This document shows positions 49,595 through 64,000 of a DNA stretch of 64,000 nucleotides, piece by piece (positions within the stretch are counted from its first letter, which is position 1; each line of letters starts with the position of its first letter). The translations under genes were made by a program, and so were the position numbers. Origin of the DNA: the human T2T-CHM13v2.0 reference genome, Homo sapiens; assembly GCF_009914755.1 (NCBI RefSeq), contig NC_060945.1. The stretch is one strand, 5' to 3'. The notes beneath the pieces are model-generated. The model saw only the letters and a program-made list of their open reading frames with translations. It was not told where the DNA came from and ran no database searches.

Positions 49595-49762
49595 GGCAGC
49601 ACTGCAGAAAGTGAATGCGTACCTGAGCCCCTGTGAGTCTGGTTAACTACAGATTCTGCCTCAGCAGGTCTCGGAAGAAGCCTGAGATTCTTGGTTTCCC
49701 ATAAGCTCCCAGTGTTGCCACTGCTGCTGGTTCAAGGTCTGCACTCAGAGTTGGAGGATCCA
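49595..49762. mobile_element. MER5A-like hAT DNA transposon remnant
   Basis: cagattctgcctcagcaggtctcggaagaagcctgagattc...aagctcccagtgttgccactgctgctggttcaagg. Confidence 0.65.
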
Positions 49763-49775
49763 GTATCTCAGATAG

Positions 49776-50077
<302 letters not shown>

Positions 50078-50098
50078 CGATTGGACTTTTTAAGCTGT

Positions 50099-50436
50099 TG
50101 TTATGGCCTGAATGTTTGTATCCCTCCAAAATTCACATTGAAGCCCTAATCCTCTATGTGCTGCTATGAGTAGGATATGTGGGAGGTGATTAGATTAAGA
50201 TGAGGTTGTGAGGCTGGGGTCCTCATGATGGGATTAATGCTCTTATAAGAAAAGACCAGATTGATCTCTCTCTCTCTCTTTCTCTCTCTCTCCCTCCCTC
50301 CCTCCACCGAACCCAATCGTGCTGGTACCCTGATCTCAGACTTCCCAACCTCCAGAGCTGTGAGGAAATACATGTCTGCTGTTTAAGCCACCCAGTCTGT
50401 GGTATTTTGTTATAGCAGCCTGAGCTGACCAAGACA
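50099..50436 (+). mobile_element. MLT1A/MST-type MaLR solo LTR with internal (CT)n
   Basis: tgttatggcctgaatgtttgtatccctccaaaattcaca...ttaagccacccagtctgtggtattttgttatagcagcctgagctgaccaagaca. Confidence 0.88.
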
Positions 50437-50725
50437 AGTATGGTAATAGAAGTCACCAGTACATCTTCTATCAGGCCTCACAAGGAGCTGCTTTACATAC
50501 ATTATCCCATTTAATTCTTGAGCAGTGAGTGGTCCATCATTACTCCCTTCACTTTACAAATGAGGACACTTAAGATTTAGTAATCAGCTCACCCATTCTC
50601 AGCCCATGCAGTTTGCCTGCAGAGTGCCCGGTTGCAGCCAGCAGCTTGCAAGATGGTCAAAACATTGTATTACCAGTCAAATTTCCTTATTAGATCCTGA
50701 CAAGTTGCCTTTAAACCATTAGGAC

Positions 50726-50860
50726 AGGCTGAATTCAGAGGCTCAAGCTTCTAACTCCAGTGCTTTGGAAGGCCAAGGCTGGATGATTGCTTGAGCACAG
50801 GAGTTTGAGACCAGCCTGGGCAACATAGCAAGACCCCATCTCTACAAAAAACAAACAAAA
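50726..50860 (+). mobile_element. FLAM / Alu left monomer
   Basis: A single monomer ending gcaacatagcaagaccccatctctacaaaaa. Confidence 0.85.
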
Positions 50861-50888
50861 GCTATGTGGACATTCTTTCTTATTCTAG

Positions 50889-51207
50889 AGCAGCACATCC
50901 AATAGAAATATAATGAGAGTCATATACATAATTTAAGATTTTCTAGTAGCCACATTAAAAAAGTAATGGGCAAAATAAATTTTAATATGTTTTATTTAAC
51001 CCAATCTATTGAAAACATTGTCATTTGAACATGTAATCAATATGAAAATTATTAATGAGCTATTTTACATTTTTCTTTTGTTTCTGTACTATGTCTTCAA
51101 AAGTCTGTGTGTATTTTACATTTATAGCGCATCTCAATTTGGTTTAGCCACATTGCAAGTGGTCAATACTCATTTGTGGCTAGTGGCTACCATATTGGAC
51201 AGTACAG
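50889..51207. mobile_element. MER33/MER3-type hAT-Charlie DNA transposon
   Basis: cagcacatccaatagaaatataatg...ttctagtagccacattaaaaaag...gtggctagtggctaccatattggacagtacag. Confidence 0.85.
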
Positions 51208-52093
51208 TTCTACAGGAACCACTCAAAACACAATTCACCCTGGATAGCAATTTTGCTACTAGTCTGCTAGTGCTTGAGTGAGCTGTTTTTAAACTGCTGT
51301 TAGTGAGGACCACTAAATAGTGCATCTTACTTGACTCGTGTTTTCCCTCTGAGCTGTCCTGAAGCAAAGTTCAGAATTTTTATTACAGCATGACTTGATT
51401 GACTCAAAGGTGGAAGAACACACATACTCAGCAGCAATAACTGAGTTGCAAAGGCCTACTAACCACTGACAACACCACTAATGCATTTTTACAGCCATGG
51501 ATAGCCACAAGTTAATCTCACACATTGTTCATTTCCACTTAACATTCACCAGTCATGCATGCCTCAGCCTATAAAACAGTGCTTTGGTTTCCTTGAGCTC
51601 GGAAACAATATTACAAAAGCATCTCCTGTCCCTTTCTTTTCCAGCAAAACCAGTTCCCTATGAAACACACCTGACGTATTTTTAAATATAAGCATTATGG
51701 ATCAGAAATTGGAGGTTCTATTTTTAATAGGCCATGATTTTAAAATAGAATTTCCAATTGGTTAAACGATACTCACTCTCAAATAGGAATTCCTATAAAC
51801 AGGTTTATTTTGAAATATAGCATATAAATTTTTCAAAAAGCCATCAATGTTTCAGTTTGCTGGCAATCTACCAGTTAAAACACAGTAATAGATCAATTCA
51901 GTGAGGGAGCTACTGGTCTAATGGTCTAAGCTATGGAATCCATCCTCATCAGAAGAAATAACCAAGGAGCGGGAATGTGGGGAGAGGTTCACAACAGAAA
52001 CCACTGCCCCTACTTGCCTGTGTTGGTTCTTAAGGGGCTGCTGGGAACCCCTGAAGGTCCAAGTGTCTCTTTTGTGCAAAGATACCAGTTTCT

Positions 52094-52414
<321 letters not shown>

Positions 52415-52480
52415 CTATCTGTTAGTCTTACGGGTTGAAGACAGAGGTTAAGGGGCCAACGTGTGGACCCTGGAAAGGGT

Positions 52481-52536
52481 GTGAGCCCTTCTCCACATTC
52501 TCTTTGGTGTGGGCCCTTCTCCACATGCTCTTTGGT
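52481..52536. repeat. 28-bp tandem duplication with 2 mismatches
   Basis: gtgRgcccttctccacatKctctttggt x2. Confidence 0.92.
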
Positions 52537-55500
52537 TCCGTCAGCTACAGACAGAGGTTATGTTTTAAGAGATAGACTGAGAAGTCACTCTCCACATGAA
52601 ACCAGTCTTCTCTTCGAGTGATATCCTTCAGCTAAGCATTGTGAGAAAGTATCCAAGTGGAGCATCTGAAAATTGCGCTCCAGGGAGGGGAGTTTAGGGA
52701 CTTGTCCATGGCTTTCAGTTCCCTAATTGGCGAATGTCACACCAGTAAGATTTCCTGGTGGATGATAGATGCAGAGTCTATAAAGTTGCTAATACTTCTG
52801 GAGTCTGCTTTCTTTTGTAATCTGCTTTATTTGAGGCATTTTAGTTAATATATTTAAAGCTATTTCCACCACAATGAATAGGAAATGTGACATGATTTTT
52901 CTAAGTTGAGTAAAAAAGAAATGAATGAATGTATGAATTAAAAGCAGGGGTCCTGTTCCTCATGTCCCACATGCTATCCCACAGCAAATGCTCCTTCCCA
53001 AACAGAATCGTTTATTTGGATTCTTTGTGTTTATAATTTACTCTTTCACTAGGAGAATTATGAGATAGAAAGTATTTTTTCCTTAAGCAACTTTTGTGTT
53101 CAAAAATAACAGAGTGATTTTAATTGGTTCTTGAAGGGAGGAGGGTAGGGGATTAACTGCAGACCAGCTTGATAAGACGACCCTTGGTGAGCTGGTAGAG
53201 CAGTAGGTAGGTCTGTGTTAGACCTTAAATGTGGACAATGGTGGGTACAGGACAGGCAAAGGAAATACCCCAAAGCTGGCTGAAACAGCAAATTTCTACA
53301 TGGACAACTAATTCTTGGATACTTGGAGTAAAGACATCAATATATATTATAAAGACATAAATACATATATATTCTATATAAAGGTATACATGAGATTCAC
53401 ACACACACATATATTATCTTCAAATGATAGCTAGGTAATCATTCACTCAGATTCCAAATTCAAAATTTAAGATTTAGAGTTATTGATGACTGGATTAATT
53501 CACGCAATTAACATGAACCCCAATATATTTGAGTGCAGGAGTACTCACTATCTCATAAGGTAGAGGAACCTGTAGGAAGTTTGTTACTAGCCATGTGAGC
53601 AAGTTAGTTACTTACCTTGCCCCAGCCTCAGCCTCCTCATCCACAAAACAAGAGGCTTGGACAAGGTGGGTTTTCCAGCTCCAGGAACATTTATGCAAAT
53701 GCCACTTGGAATTGTGGGAAATCGGCCCGGGTCTGGTGCTTACCCATGTCAGCATATGGCTAGAGTGAACTTGGGTTTCGAGTGGGAAGGGGCCAGGAAG
53801 GAAAAAGAGGACCCAGAATCAACTAGAGATAGGACATTTTAAGGACTTTCCCATTTCACATAGGGTTTCTCTAATTTCACATAAGTATTGCCTGTTTTAA
53901 AAAGCAGATTCAAGAAGATATGATTTAAAACAAGTATACACATAAAAATAACTCTGAGATTCTGCATCTTCTAGAAAATCACAGACATGTTGCTATCGTA
54001 TTCTATAATTTACATGGTGATTGAGAATAGACCCACAGTTACTCAGTGTTATCCAAAATAATTTATTATTATAATCACTAAAAATATTACAATTCAGCTC
54101 TTTGATTAATTCTGTTTACTCCATGCCCACCAAATTAGTGAAGTTTCACTATGTATATTACAAAATAATAGTTTAAAAATAATATGGATGTACAATATAG
54201 TTTAATTCCTATGCAATAAACAGATAAGCTTCATTATTATTATTACAACTGTTACTACCTCAAATTTGTGACTTTTTTACTAAAATAAAATTTTTCCTAT
54301 TTATGATCCCATATAGACTATAGAGAAATTTCCCACAAACATAGCAGAATTCCTTAGAAAGGGAATATAGAAGCTTTAGCTAAATTTTGGGTGCCGAATC
54401 ACCTATTTGTTTTGGGACATAGAAAGTCTACTCAAGAATCCAGAGTAAGACCTTGATCTCAGTCTTGCTTACAAGGTCTTGATCTGTGAAGGAAGTGCTG
54501 AGATATCTACATTTGTCAATTAAATAATAAATTGCCAAATATCAGCCTTAGAGTATTCTATAGGCACTCGGATAAGATGGCAAATACTTTCATATTAATC
54601 CTGTTATCTTCAAATTTGGAAAACAGACTGTTATAAGAAACAGTTGGCTAAGACTATCAATATCCTGCTTTCTTGTGGGGTCATGAAATTGCCATAGTTT
54701 ACAAAAACTTTAAAATTTCATGTTGTAGTCTGAAATAAAAAATAGCTGGAAAAAGCAACAATAGAAGTAATAATCCTATTCTCTAATTACGTAATTATAT
54801 TTTCTAAATTTCATGAAACTGCTAAGATCTGTATTGTAATGGTTACATATTTTCAGGTTACATTATTACTATTATACAATTGATATTCAATAAATGATAC
54901 CTTTTTATGGGTAATACATTGAAATGGAATAGTAAACATTTTTTGCGGAGACTTCTCATAAAACATCATTGTCTACCTCTCAAACAATAGTTAAGTGAGA
55001 TTTAAACTTTTTTATATGATTGTTTTGGACTTGCTTAGAAAAATACTACCATTTAAAACTATATTCTAAAAGGTAAGGTAAATTTTGCTAGAATTTTTGA
55101 ATTAAAAAATGGTGATATTTCTGTAGAGTTATCTTTTTGAAAGGTAGAGAGAAAGAGTGGAAAGATTTTTTTAATAAAATTAAACTAAAACATCTGAAAA
55201 TAGATATGACTTGATAGCTAATTTTTAATTTATATTTATACGTGCAATGAAAGCTATATTCAGAGATCATCCAAAAATTATTAGAAACATACAAACAACA
55301 CTTGAAAAATGTTATCACATATTTTTGCAGAGTAGGTTGTTTTGAAAACAGCCAGAGCAAAGAAACAGATGATCACCAAAATATTACCACAAATGAGCCC
55401 AAAAATAAATTATAGGTCATTTCTAGTTGAACCACTGACCAATTAGTGCACTAATCTTGAGTAACTACATAGCACACTCCCATTTTTTTCTTTCCTAGTT

Positions 55501-57309
55501 ATCTTAACAATTCAAATGCATGTGAAGATACCCATTTTGAGGAGAATTTAAAATGTATTATTGGTTGATACAGCACTTCTAGGTAAGTTCTCAAGGGGGG
55601 CCTGCAGCAAATATTTACATAAATGTGGACTTTAAGATTGTTTCAGAAGTATTCTGTTTTAGGAGGTTCTGTAATTGTCAACTTCTCGGTTTAGGAAGAA
55701 CCTCACGTTTTAGAGAAGAATATTCTAGATCAAGTCTTTTTCCTTAATGCAGAAATAGTAAAGTTTCTAAAATAGAAATCATTTTGTTTAGCCTTCTCTT
55801 TAACCAAAAACACCAAATAATGAAGTAGACTTCTAAGGAGGAAAGAAGAAAACTTTACCAAATATGCCAGTGGGGGCTCCACTTTTAGTCTGCAAACCTC
55901 TACACCTGGGAGCTGCGCTGTCAAATTGAGTCAGGTCCTGATTGAGCTGAATGATAGACACATAGTGCCCAGACACCGTGCACAGTGAACTCACTCTAGG
56001 AGACCCGCACGCCCCCTTCTCCCAATTCACCCACTGCTCTGGAGGTCATTATTTAACACCGGCAAATTGAACGACAACATGAAATGAAGTGCAAGATGTA
56101 GATATTTCTTCCCCCTCACTAATCTCGCTCACAAGAGAATTCATTCTTTTCTTTTTGCCTCAGGCATATCCAGGCTAGCAATTTTCATTTTGCTACCTAA
56201 ATGATTTCCCCATCCCCCACCTTTCCCAATTAGAGTGGAAATGGATTAAGACTTCAGGTTAACCCCTCCGTTACTGGGAATGAGAAGGAAATAACGTTAT
56301 TATGTGTAAGCTTTATTTTCACCGTTGTGTATGATGCTCTTTTCTGATCATGGTAAACACAGATTTAATTAATCCCACTCTCCCCAAAAGACATTCCTTT
56401 AGTGAAGATATGACACTGCCTTAAGGTAAAGAGCAAGAGAAAAACTTCTTTAGCCAGAATGTTATTCTGTTAACTTGTCATCTTTAAAGTGTTCTAGAAT
56501 GCTTATGAGTAAAATTAGGAAATTTGGATACAAAGTAGGAAGTTATATGGAAGCATAAAAGCACATTGGTTCTTCAGTTACAGAGAATGGATACAACAAA
56601 AGTTAATACTTCCTTGGTTTTTACTAAGCTTGAAATATCTGGATCTAAAAAAATTAAGTGTGGGATAAATATCTAGAAAATGCTGGATCATCTGAAACTT
56701 ATCACGTAGCTTTTCCCCCTACAGAACCTAAAAATAAAAACTTCTCTAGAAAAAAAGCATCCTCTCTTTACTGATCTTTAAAAATTTTAAATGTTGAAGC
56801 CCTGAGTATGTATACCTCACATAACTCCTCTATAGCAACCTATAAAACAAGAATCCTCTCTCCTGGTGGTCTGTTTATTTTGCTATGAACAAAAGGGAAG
56901 GAGCTTCAGTATTTCTGAAAATAACCTGAATTCCCCTTTGAGACAAAGTTTTGGATTTTCGAAAGTAAATGTGGTACTTTTCTATTTTTTAAACTAATAT
57001 ATAAGTGTACATACTATTGGCTTTGTTGGTCAAGAAAACAGTTTATCATACCAGGAAGAGACTGGGTAGCAGAACAGCAGCCTACGAATGCATTAGATTT
57101 GGGTTATGCTGGGTTTTGACAGGTTTGGGGGTTTAAGAAACTGGGTTGGTTCGTCACTAGGAATCCATTAAGTGTTGCTAGTCCGTGAGGACAGAGAAAG
57201 CTGTGGAATTCATTCCTCAAAAGCAAAAGCCTTATTTGTGCTAATAGGGTTATAACAACTGAGCAAATTTTAGTGGACAAATAGTAGAGGTCCTTAACAT
57301 TTACTGAGC

Positions 57310-57490
57310 TATTCTGAGCTTCAGACATTGTGGCAAGGGCTTTCTGTGCATTATGTCATTTAATCCTTTTGGTAATACTATTAATTTAGGAACAATTATC
57401 CCCTAAGGCTTAAAGAAGTTAGACAACTTGCCCAAGGCCACATAGAGATGGAGCAGTGAAAGTAAGAATTTGACCCAGTCAGTGCACAGA
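57310..57490 (-). mobile_element. MIR
   Basis: tcatttaatcctt...agaagttagacaacttgcccaaggccacatag...aagaatttgacccag. Confidence 0.7.
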
Positions 57491-58671
57491 GTAGACAATC
57501 TTTGAATTGCATGCATTTAAATAAAAAAAGGCTGTTCTTCATAGTTCTCATTGAATAAGTTTCATAGACAATGACTTTCCCAAAGGACTCCTTTTGCTTC
57601 TGAAGGGCAGCCACTCTCCAGTTAAAGGGGATTTGCAAACAGGCCCACTCTGGATTGCAGTACAAGGAAAGGAACTGCTTTAGAAACACAGAACCCAGAT
57701 AGATGGATAAATATTTCAATGCCTTTCCAGAATAGTACTTAAGAAGCAGAGCCCATCTCAGTTTGGGTTTGAGCCCATGGCCTTATGGTTTAAATATAAA
57801 ATGCATTAAAGCTCTTTATTTAGAGAGTCACGTGCCCTTTTGTGGGAGCAGCCCCAATTCTCCCTCTGACTTTAGTGAGTGTACAATGCAAATAGGTGTT
57901 TTGATATTGTCATTAGTATTCATTATTCATGAGGACTTGATCGTGTATTCAAAGTCAGCCAGGAGGGTCATGTGCCCCCTTCAGTGAAAACCTTGACTCT
58001 AAGGACAGCACTTTCCTGGTGTACAGTCTTTGGGGGCTCTTGACAGCAAGAAAACCTAAACAGGAGAATCCCACTTAGCATCTGCCCACAGGTAAGGGGC
58101 ACAGAGAAGGAGATATAGACTTCTAATTTAGCAAAAAGAAGTATGCTGCCATGTGAAAAGTTTCTAAACAGTGACTTCTAAACAATAGGTTGTGACCCAT
58201 AGATTGGTTGTTAATAATAATAATAACAAAAGCAAGGTAAGAAGAAGAAATAGAACAGAATAACTGGAAAATAGAGTGCTTCATCAGTAGTAAGGGTGAA
58301 TACTGCTTCCTGAAGCTCTTTTTTTGATTGATGTATCTCCCCTGAGCCCTGGCATACTATTTACTTCTTACTGTTTCTTGCTATTCAAAAAGTTTGCAAG
58401 CCTCTAGCCTAAAATGTCTTATTTTCTTAGTACTCAATTTGTTACTTGACTTGGTGTTTGGCTCCCTGTGACTCTCTGAAGTTCTCCTTTCTGTGCCTCC
58501 GCTTCCACCTTTGCCAAGTCTAAAATCATGCCATGTAAAAGTTATCAAGAAAACCAATTAAATCATAACTGCCGAAGTGCCTTGTCAAGCTAAACAGTCA
58601 TGAGAGGTGAAGGATTATTATGAAATAAAACAGAGTGAAGCTGTTTTGAAGGCCATCCTTCTGTGGAATAG

Positions 58672-58759
58672 CATTGGGTCATTTCGTTCAGAGGCGAAAA
58701 GATTCTTAGCAAACATTGGGTCATTTTGTTTAGAGGTGAAAAGATTCTTAGCAAACATT
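58672..58759. repeat. 42-bp tandem duplication with 3 C/T differences
   Basis: cattgggtcatttYgttYagaggYgaaaagattcttagcaaa x2, then catt. Confidence 0.95.
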
Positions 58760-60016
58760 TTGTCCAATCCATTTAGTTTATAGAGGGAAAAGGAGGCTCT
58801 GAAAAGTGAGTGGCTCTTCTAAGCTCCCGAAACAGTGGCTGATCTGGGACCCCCTGACCTGTGAATTTGTGGTCCACCCCCATGCTCTGCCACTCCTCCA
58901 AGAGCCGTTTTGCTACTTCTTTAAAAAAGGGAGGGTCTTATGAAATTGTATTTACAGAAAATTTACAACTCATGCAAAGCTAAATGGATTTCTTCCCTTT
59001 CAAAGTGGTTTCCTGATTGCAATCACATAAATTAAACTCCAGCCCCAAAAAAGTCATTCGAACAGAGTAATGATACATCTCCAAGAAGAGATACAGAGAA
59101 TTCTTTGAAATTCTCAAGAAATAATGCAATGAGATGCAAAAGGGTAACTATTATTAATCTTCTTCCTGAAGTGTCAATCAGGAAGGTATTTTTAAATTGT
59201 ATTGGAAAGGAAGAAGAGACAATGTTTCTTCCCATTAATGATCTGAACTGAAAGTAAGGGAGGAACTAAAAAATGTGCAAAATGTCCTCGGGGAAAAAAA
59301 GTAGTATAAAACATAGTCTTGGATGATACAGCAAGGTCGTTGCTCAATTTTATGTTGTAACACTATTTTAACTGTCACCAAGGGCTGGGATAGCAAATAT
59401 TGCATCAACTCTGCAAGGTGTTTCCTGGGTTTTGTGGACAGGGGGGTCGGGGGAGGTGCAATCTCCATTCTTGTGAAGGCCAGATAAAGACTTCTGCTGC
59501 AAGCCACTATCTTTTTGTGCTGAAGCTGTAGATAACACAGTTTCACACCCTGCTGCCCAAGTCCTGCTTTCCCAATTTGTAGGTCTTTATTGCAAAAGTC
59601 TTTTGTGTTTGTTTTATCAGACACATTTTATCATCCTTCTCCAAACACCCTTTGTCAAAGTCAGCCTTTGAACTTCTTTTGCATATACATAGAATGGGAC
59701 CAATGATTCAGGATATGTAACAGGCTTATCTTATAATTCTAAAGAAAGAGGAACAGAGCCATTGACCTTTCTTCTATATTTTCTTGGGGCTGGTGTGTCT
59801 GTGTGTGTGTGTCTGTGTGTGTGTATGTGTGTGCTAGGGGTAAGATGTACAATCTCATTACCTTTAGAAGATAATGCAATAGATTATCCTATACCAATAA
59901 TTTATGCCTTTTAGTTTTGCACAAATTAAACCTGAATCTTAAAGTTCAACTTGTCTAGGATTGTACTAAAGGCCGCATTGCAGGTAGGGCTAATTTCGGG
60001 GTCTGATCCGTGTGGC

Positions 60017-60095
60017 TCCCCATGCTCCTGACAGTACACCAGGACCACTCTGTGTTCACTCCCGTGTGCAGTCCCCATGCTCCTGACAGTACACC
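60017..60095. repeat. 24-bp exact direct repeat, period 55
   Basis: tccccatgctcctgacagtacacc at 60017-60040 and 60072-60095. Confidence 0.92.
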
Positions 60096-60716
60096 CGACC
60101 CTAAGATTCTTGCTTCGCTTGCCTTTGATATGGTGATCTCTGGAACTGAGTATCAAACCTTGCTTGAGGAATTAAAATGCTTGCTCATATCACTTATATC
60201 TTTTAAATGTGGAAAACAGAGAGAATCCACTTGGAGCACATCAGATAGGTTTATTACTTTGTTCCTCCCTTGTCATTTTTTGCATGTCTCACATCAAACC
60301 CTCCTCTGCAACAGTGAAAATATAGGATGGGATAGATGAAGAAGGTGGTACTCCTTCCTTCTCTGGGCACAGAGGCAATTTCTCAGTGCAGCTCACATGT
60401 GGCTACAAACACAGAGTATCACTTTCTTATACAGACCAGGTCACTGTTCCTCAAAAAAAAAAAAAAAAAAAAGATGGTGTTCTATTTGATAACCTGCACT
60501 TCTCCAGAGTGACCTCTTCAGCTGAGTCTGGAAGACTTGCCTTAGGCAAGTCCCCCGGGTCTCTGGCTACAGAGGGCCATCCTCCATGAGAGATGAGCTT
60601 GTTTCATTGTTGCAAAGTATAGCCAAGCTGATACATTTTAGCAAGACTAAAACTTAATCTTTAGGGTTCTGGGTCCTTTCATCAAATTTCCTCTGCTCAC
60701 ACCATGATCTCCATTG

Positions 60717-60820
60717 TCTCCTCCTCCTCCTCCTGCTCCTCCAGTTCCTCTTTCCTTTCTTCTTCTTTACCTCCTCCCTCCTTGCTTCCTTCTGCCTCTT
60801 CCTCCTCCTCCTTCTTCTTC
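60717..60820. repeat. (TCC)n / CT-rich low-complexity tract
   Basis: About 100 nt, nearly all pyrimidine on the + strand. Confidence 0.9.
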
Positions 60821-61652
60821 AACTATTATCTACCAAGCTGTGCCTGGGCTGCCCCCAGTGTTTTGCAGTGTGAGGAACTTCTACAGGCCAGCTTGGCCAC
60901 TGAAAGAAGCCAGTGATTAATGTAGTTTTAAACAAATCAAGATTTGCATAAATTGGCTCTGAAGTCAGCTTCTACAAACCAGCTGGAACACTCGCCATAT
61001 TCCTAGTTCAGTGCTGTCTTCCCAGTGGGTTCTCAGACTTTGCAGCTCACCCTTAGCCTTCTGTTGCAGGGAAACCACATCCATGTGGCTCCCAGTCTCT
61101 GGCAAGCCAGCAAAGGGCTCCAACTTCTCTTGCTTTCTCCACCTTCTCCTCACTGGCTGGAGCACTCAGGACTCTCCCAGGTCCTATTTTTCTCCTTTTG
61201 GTAATTTCCTGATAGAAACTCCAGCAATGAAGATAATTTTCAGAACTGTTTTTTTTTTTTCTGGTACAGAATTCATTTTGGCTTCTGGGAACTAAGAACA
61301 AATGAACTGTCTTTCTGAAGTCAAGAACTGTATAATGAAAGCTAAATGCAGAGGCAAAAGCCACTGTCGGTTGCCCTTTGTCCTCTCTGTCACCAGCCCT
61401 GGACATGAGGGTGAGACAGAAAGCCTCGCTCTTCCCCAGTGAAACCCTGCAATTGTTCTGTGCCAGATGAAGCCCTCTTCAGATGCTGGACAGGGTCCAG
61501 GTGCTGCCCTGTGAGTGGATGCCAGCCTCAGTCCTCATCCAGGCCAGGACCATGTCCAGGGCGGGCTTGCTCCTGAATCACATGCTTCCAGTCAGGACTC
61601 TGAATGCAAATGCTGGTGTTTTGTATTTTTTGTCGTTATGTTATTGTTGTTC

Positions 61653-61895
61653 TTTTTTTTTTTGAAACAAGGTCTCACTCTGTTGCCCAGGCTGGAGTGC
61701 AGTGGCTCACCGCAGGCTCCAGCTCCTGGGTTCAAGGGCTCCTCCCACCTCAACCTCCCAAGTAGCTAGGACTACAGACACACGCCACCACACCCCACTA
61801 ATTTTTAAACATTTTTAGACATGAGGTCTCCTTATTTGCCCCAGCTGGCTGTGAACTTCTGGCTTCAAGGTGATCCTCCTGCCTCAGCCTTCCAA
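61653..61895 (-). mobile_element. Old, diverged Alu (AluJ-like), partial
   Basis: Reverse Alu with internal deletions. Confidence 0.88.
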
Positions 61896-62639
61896 TTAGC
61901 TCATACTGATGTTTTATTTAAATATCGCATAATATTTCAGTAAAAGGCCTGCAAAGAGGGCACAGAAAGCATTTTTTGGAGTTCACTGGGGGCAGGACGA
62001 GCTATCCCATTAGGTGGGAAGGGGTCTCTTCCTGATATGCATCATACAGCTGCTTCTAGTGGTGGTACAGGACCCAGGAGAAGAAGAGTAGGTGCTTAAC
62101 AAATATTTGCTGAATAAAGGTTGATGAAAATCAATGTCGACAATACATTTATTGGGATCAGGTAAGGAACAAAGGTGATATTAACAACAGCTGCCACCTG
62201 CGTCTATTACCAGACATCTCATAGATAGCAACCCTGGGAGGGAGATCTTACATACATGAGGACAGAGGAATGGGAGATCCACCAAGGTGCCTGACAGCTG
62301 CATTTGAACCCATACTCAGATAGAGGAACCCTCTGCAGTCTGCTCAGGGTTGGAGTTTGTGGCTGGGAGAAAAGAGGAACAGCCTCTGCAGCCAACCCTC
62401 CTGGGCAGCGAATGTCTCCTCCCCACACTGCAGTGAACCCCTGGCCATCCTTCCAGCTCTGCCCTTGCCCCACTCCAGTAAAGCAGCCAGAGAGTGATAC
62501 ACATTAGATTGTGTCTCTCCTCCACCCAAACTCCTTGACGGCTTTCCAGGGCACTCAGAATTCCAGGCCCTGGAGGAAACCAGCCCAGCCCATCACCTAG
62601 ACCTGGGAGCACCTGTCTCCCTCGGCTTGCTCTGCCATA

Positions 62640-63030
62640 GCCTCTGTCTGTCTCACAGACGCGCCAAGCTTTTTCTGCCTCAGGACCTTTTCAGGGGCTT
62701 TCCTTCTGCCTGGACCACTTTCCTGTCTCTAAACTCCCCCAGTTTTCCCCATGGCTGCTCAACCGTCATCTACTAAAGTAATGGGTAAAGTAACCCCGCT
62801 CCCTACCCCTGAACCATCACAACTATCATGTCACATGCACGGGTTTCTTTTCACCATTGCATTTGTCTTATTTGATTTCTGTGTTTATGTATTTGTTGTC
62901 CATCCTCCAAGTGACAGAGGGAGTGGATGGAGTGAAGGATAAGTTTTGTCCTGTTCACTGCCCAGCATCAAGAAAAGTGCTTGGAACTGAGTAGATAGTC
63001 AACAGACACTTCTTAAGAATGAATGAATCA
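62640..63030 (+). mobile_element. L2 3' fragment
   Basis: ctgcctcaggaccttt...ttttgtcctgttcactgcccagcatcaagaaaagtgcttggaactgagtag...gaatgaatgaat. Confidence 0.75.
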
Positions 63031-63781
63031 ATCGATGACAATGAACTGTAGCTGCCACCTCCTCCAGCCTACGTACCCTGAGGCATCCTAGATCTCAGAG
63101 CAAGGAGATGATGACTGCCAGGCATTGAGTGGTGAAAAAATATTTTCCTTTGCTACTTACTCTTCTATCACTGGGTGGCAGTAAGGCTAGAAGCCTGGGA
63201 AATCTCCATCACCCGTCCTCTCTGTTTTGCGATACTCTTGGGTGCCCTGAGGGCTTTAGAGGTTGCTGCGGTCAACAACCTAAGCAACCACTTCTGAGTT
63301 TCTGGCATAGTGGCAACCACAACTGGCCAGTAGGTCGAGGAGGCCTCTGCTTAACATATTGCACCGATGTTTTGGTTATGCAAATATATGGTTTTTCTCA
63401 TTCCGATGGAAAACATTTCTGGCCAAGTCAAAACTACAGAAACACAGCAAGGAAGACTCATCTATATAGTCCCCTCAGTCCCATTGCCCCAGCCTGGGTC
63501 CCTCTTTTTACACCCTCAGAAGACTGTTCCCATTGCCTTCCTAGTCTTTGAGATGCAGGCATTTGGAAAGCACACATCTGATGCATACCTGAAACTCCGG
63601 ATCAGTCACGTAATTGTTTCCAGATATACAGGACATGTGTGATGACAGATAGGATATGAACAGATGAGTAGTGATTGGATCTGAGCTCAACATTCCAAAC
63701 CGATGCAAACTAGGGTGTGGGGAGAAGCCCCTGGCCTTTCACTTGGGGTGGGGCTGGGGGGCCTTCACCTGGTCTAGTTTA

Positions 63782-64000
<219 letters not shown>

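Noticed and set aside
60704-60920. Poly-Ser and poly-Pro ORFs
   Set aside because: These are translations of the (TCC)n low-complexity tract.

Overview
This is human (or very close primate) genomic DNA from the RUNX1 (AML1) locus, with the gene on the minus strand. The window holds the 39-nt RUNX1c-specific exon (43786-43824), the proximal P2 promoter and CpG island (~39.0-42.4 kb), the long P2 5'UTR, and the three Runt-domain coding exons (37701-37970, 31417-31573, 10345-10449). All are bounded by GT/AG sites with matching phases, and the protein reads as wild-type RUNX1. The rest is intron with Alu, MIR, L2, MLT1 LTR, MER20/MER5A/MER33 and MADE1 elements plus microsatellites. I see no evidence of a wholly new biological system. 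The most notable signals are non-canonical coding and splicing potential in RUNX1 itself: a phase-compatible alternative first exon (MPAAPRGPAQGEAAARTRSR), a 141-aa out-of-frame upstream ORF overlapping the RUNX1b start, a 144-aa intron read-through tail after the Runt domain, candidate antisense exons, a nested inverted MER20/Alu pair, and a MADE1 hairpin beside a Runt exon. Repeat family calls and isoform names come from recall, not from searches.
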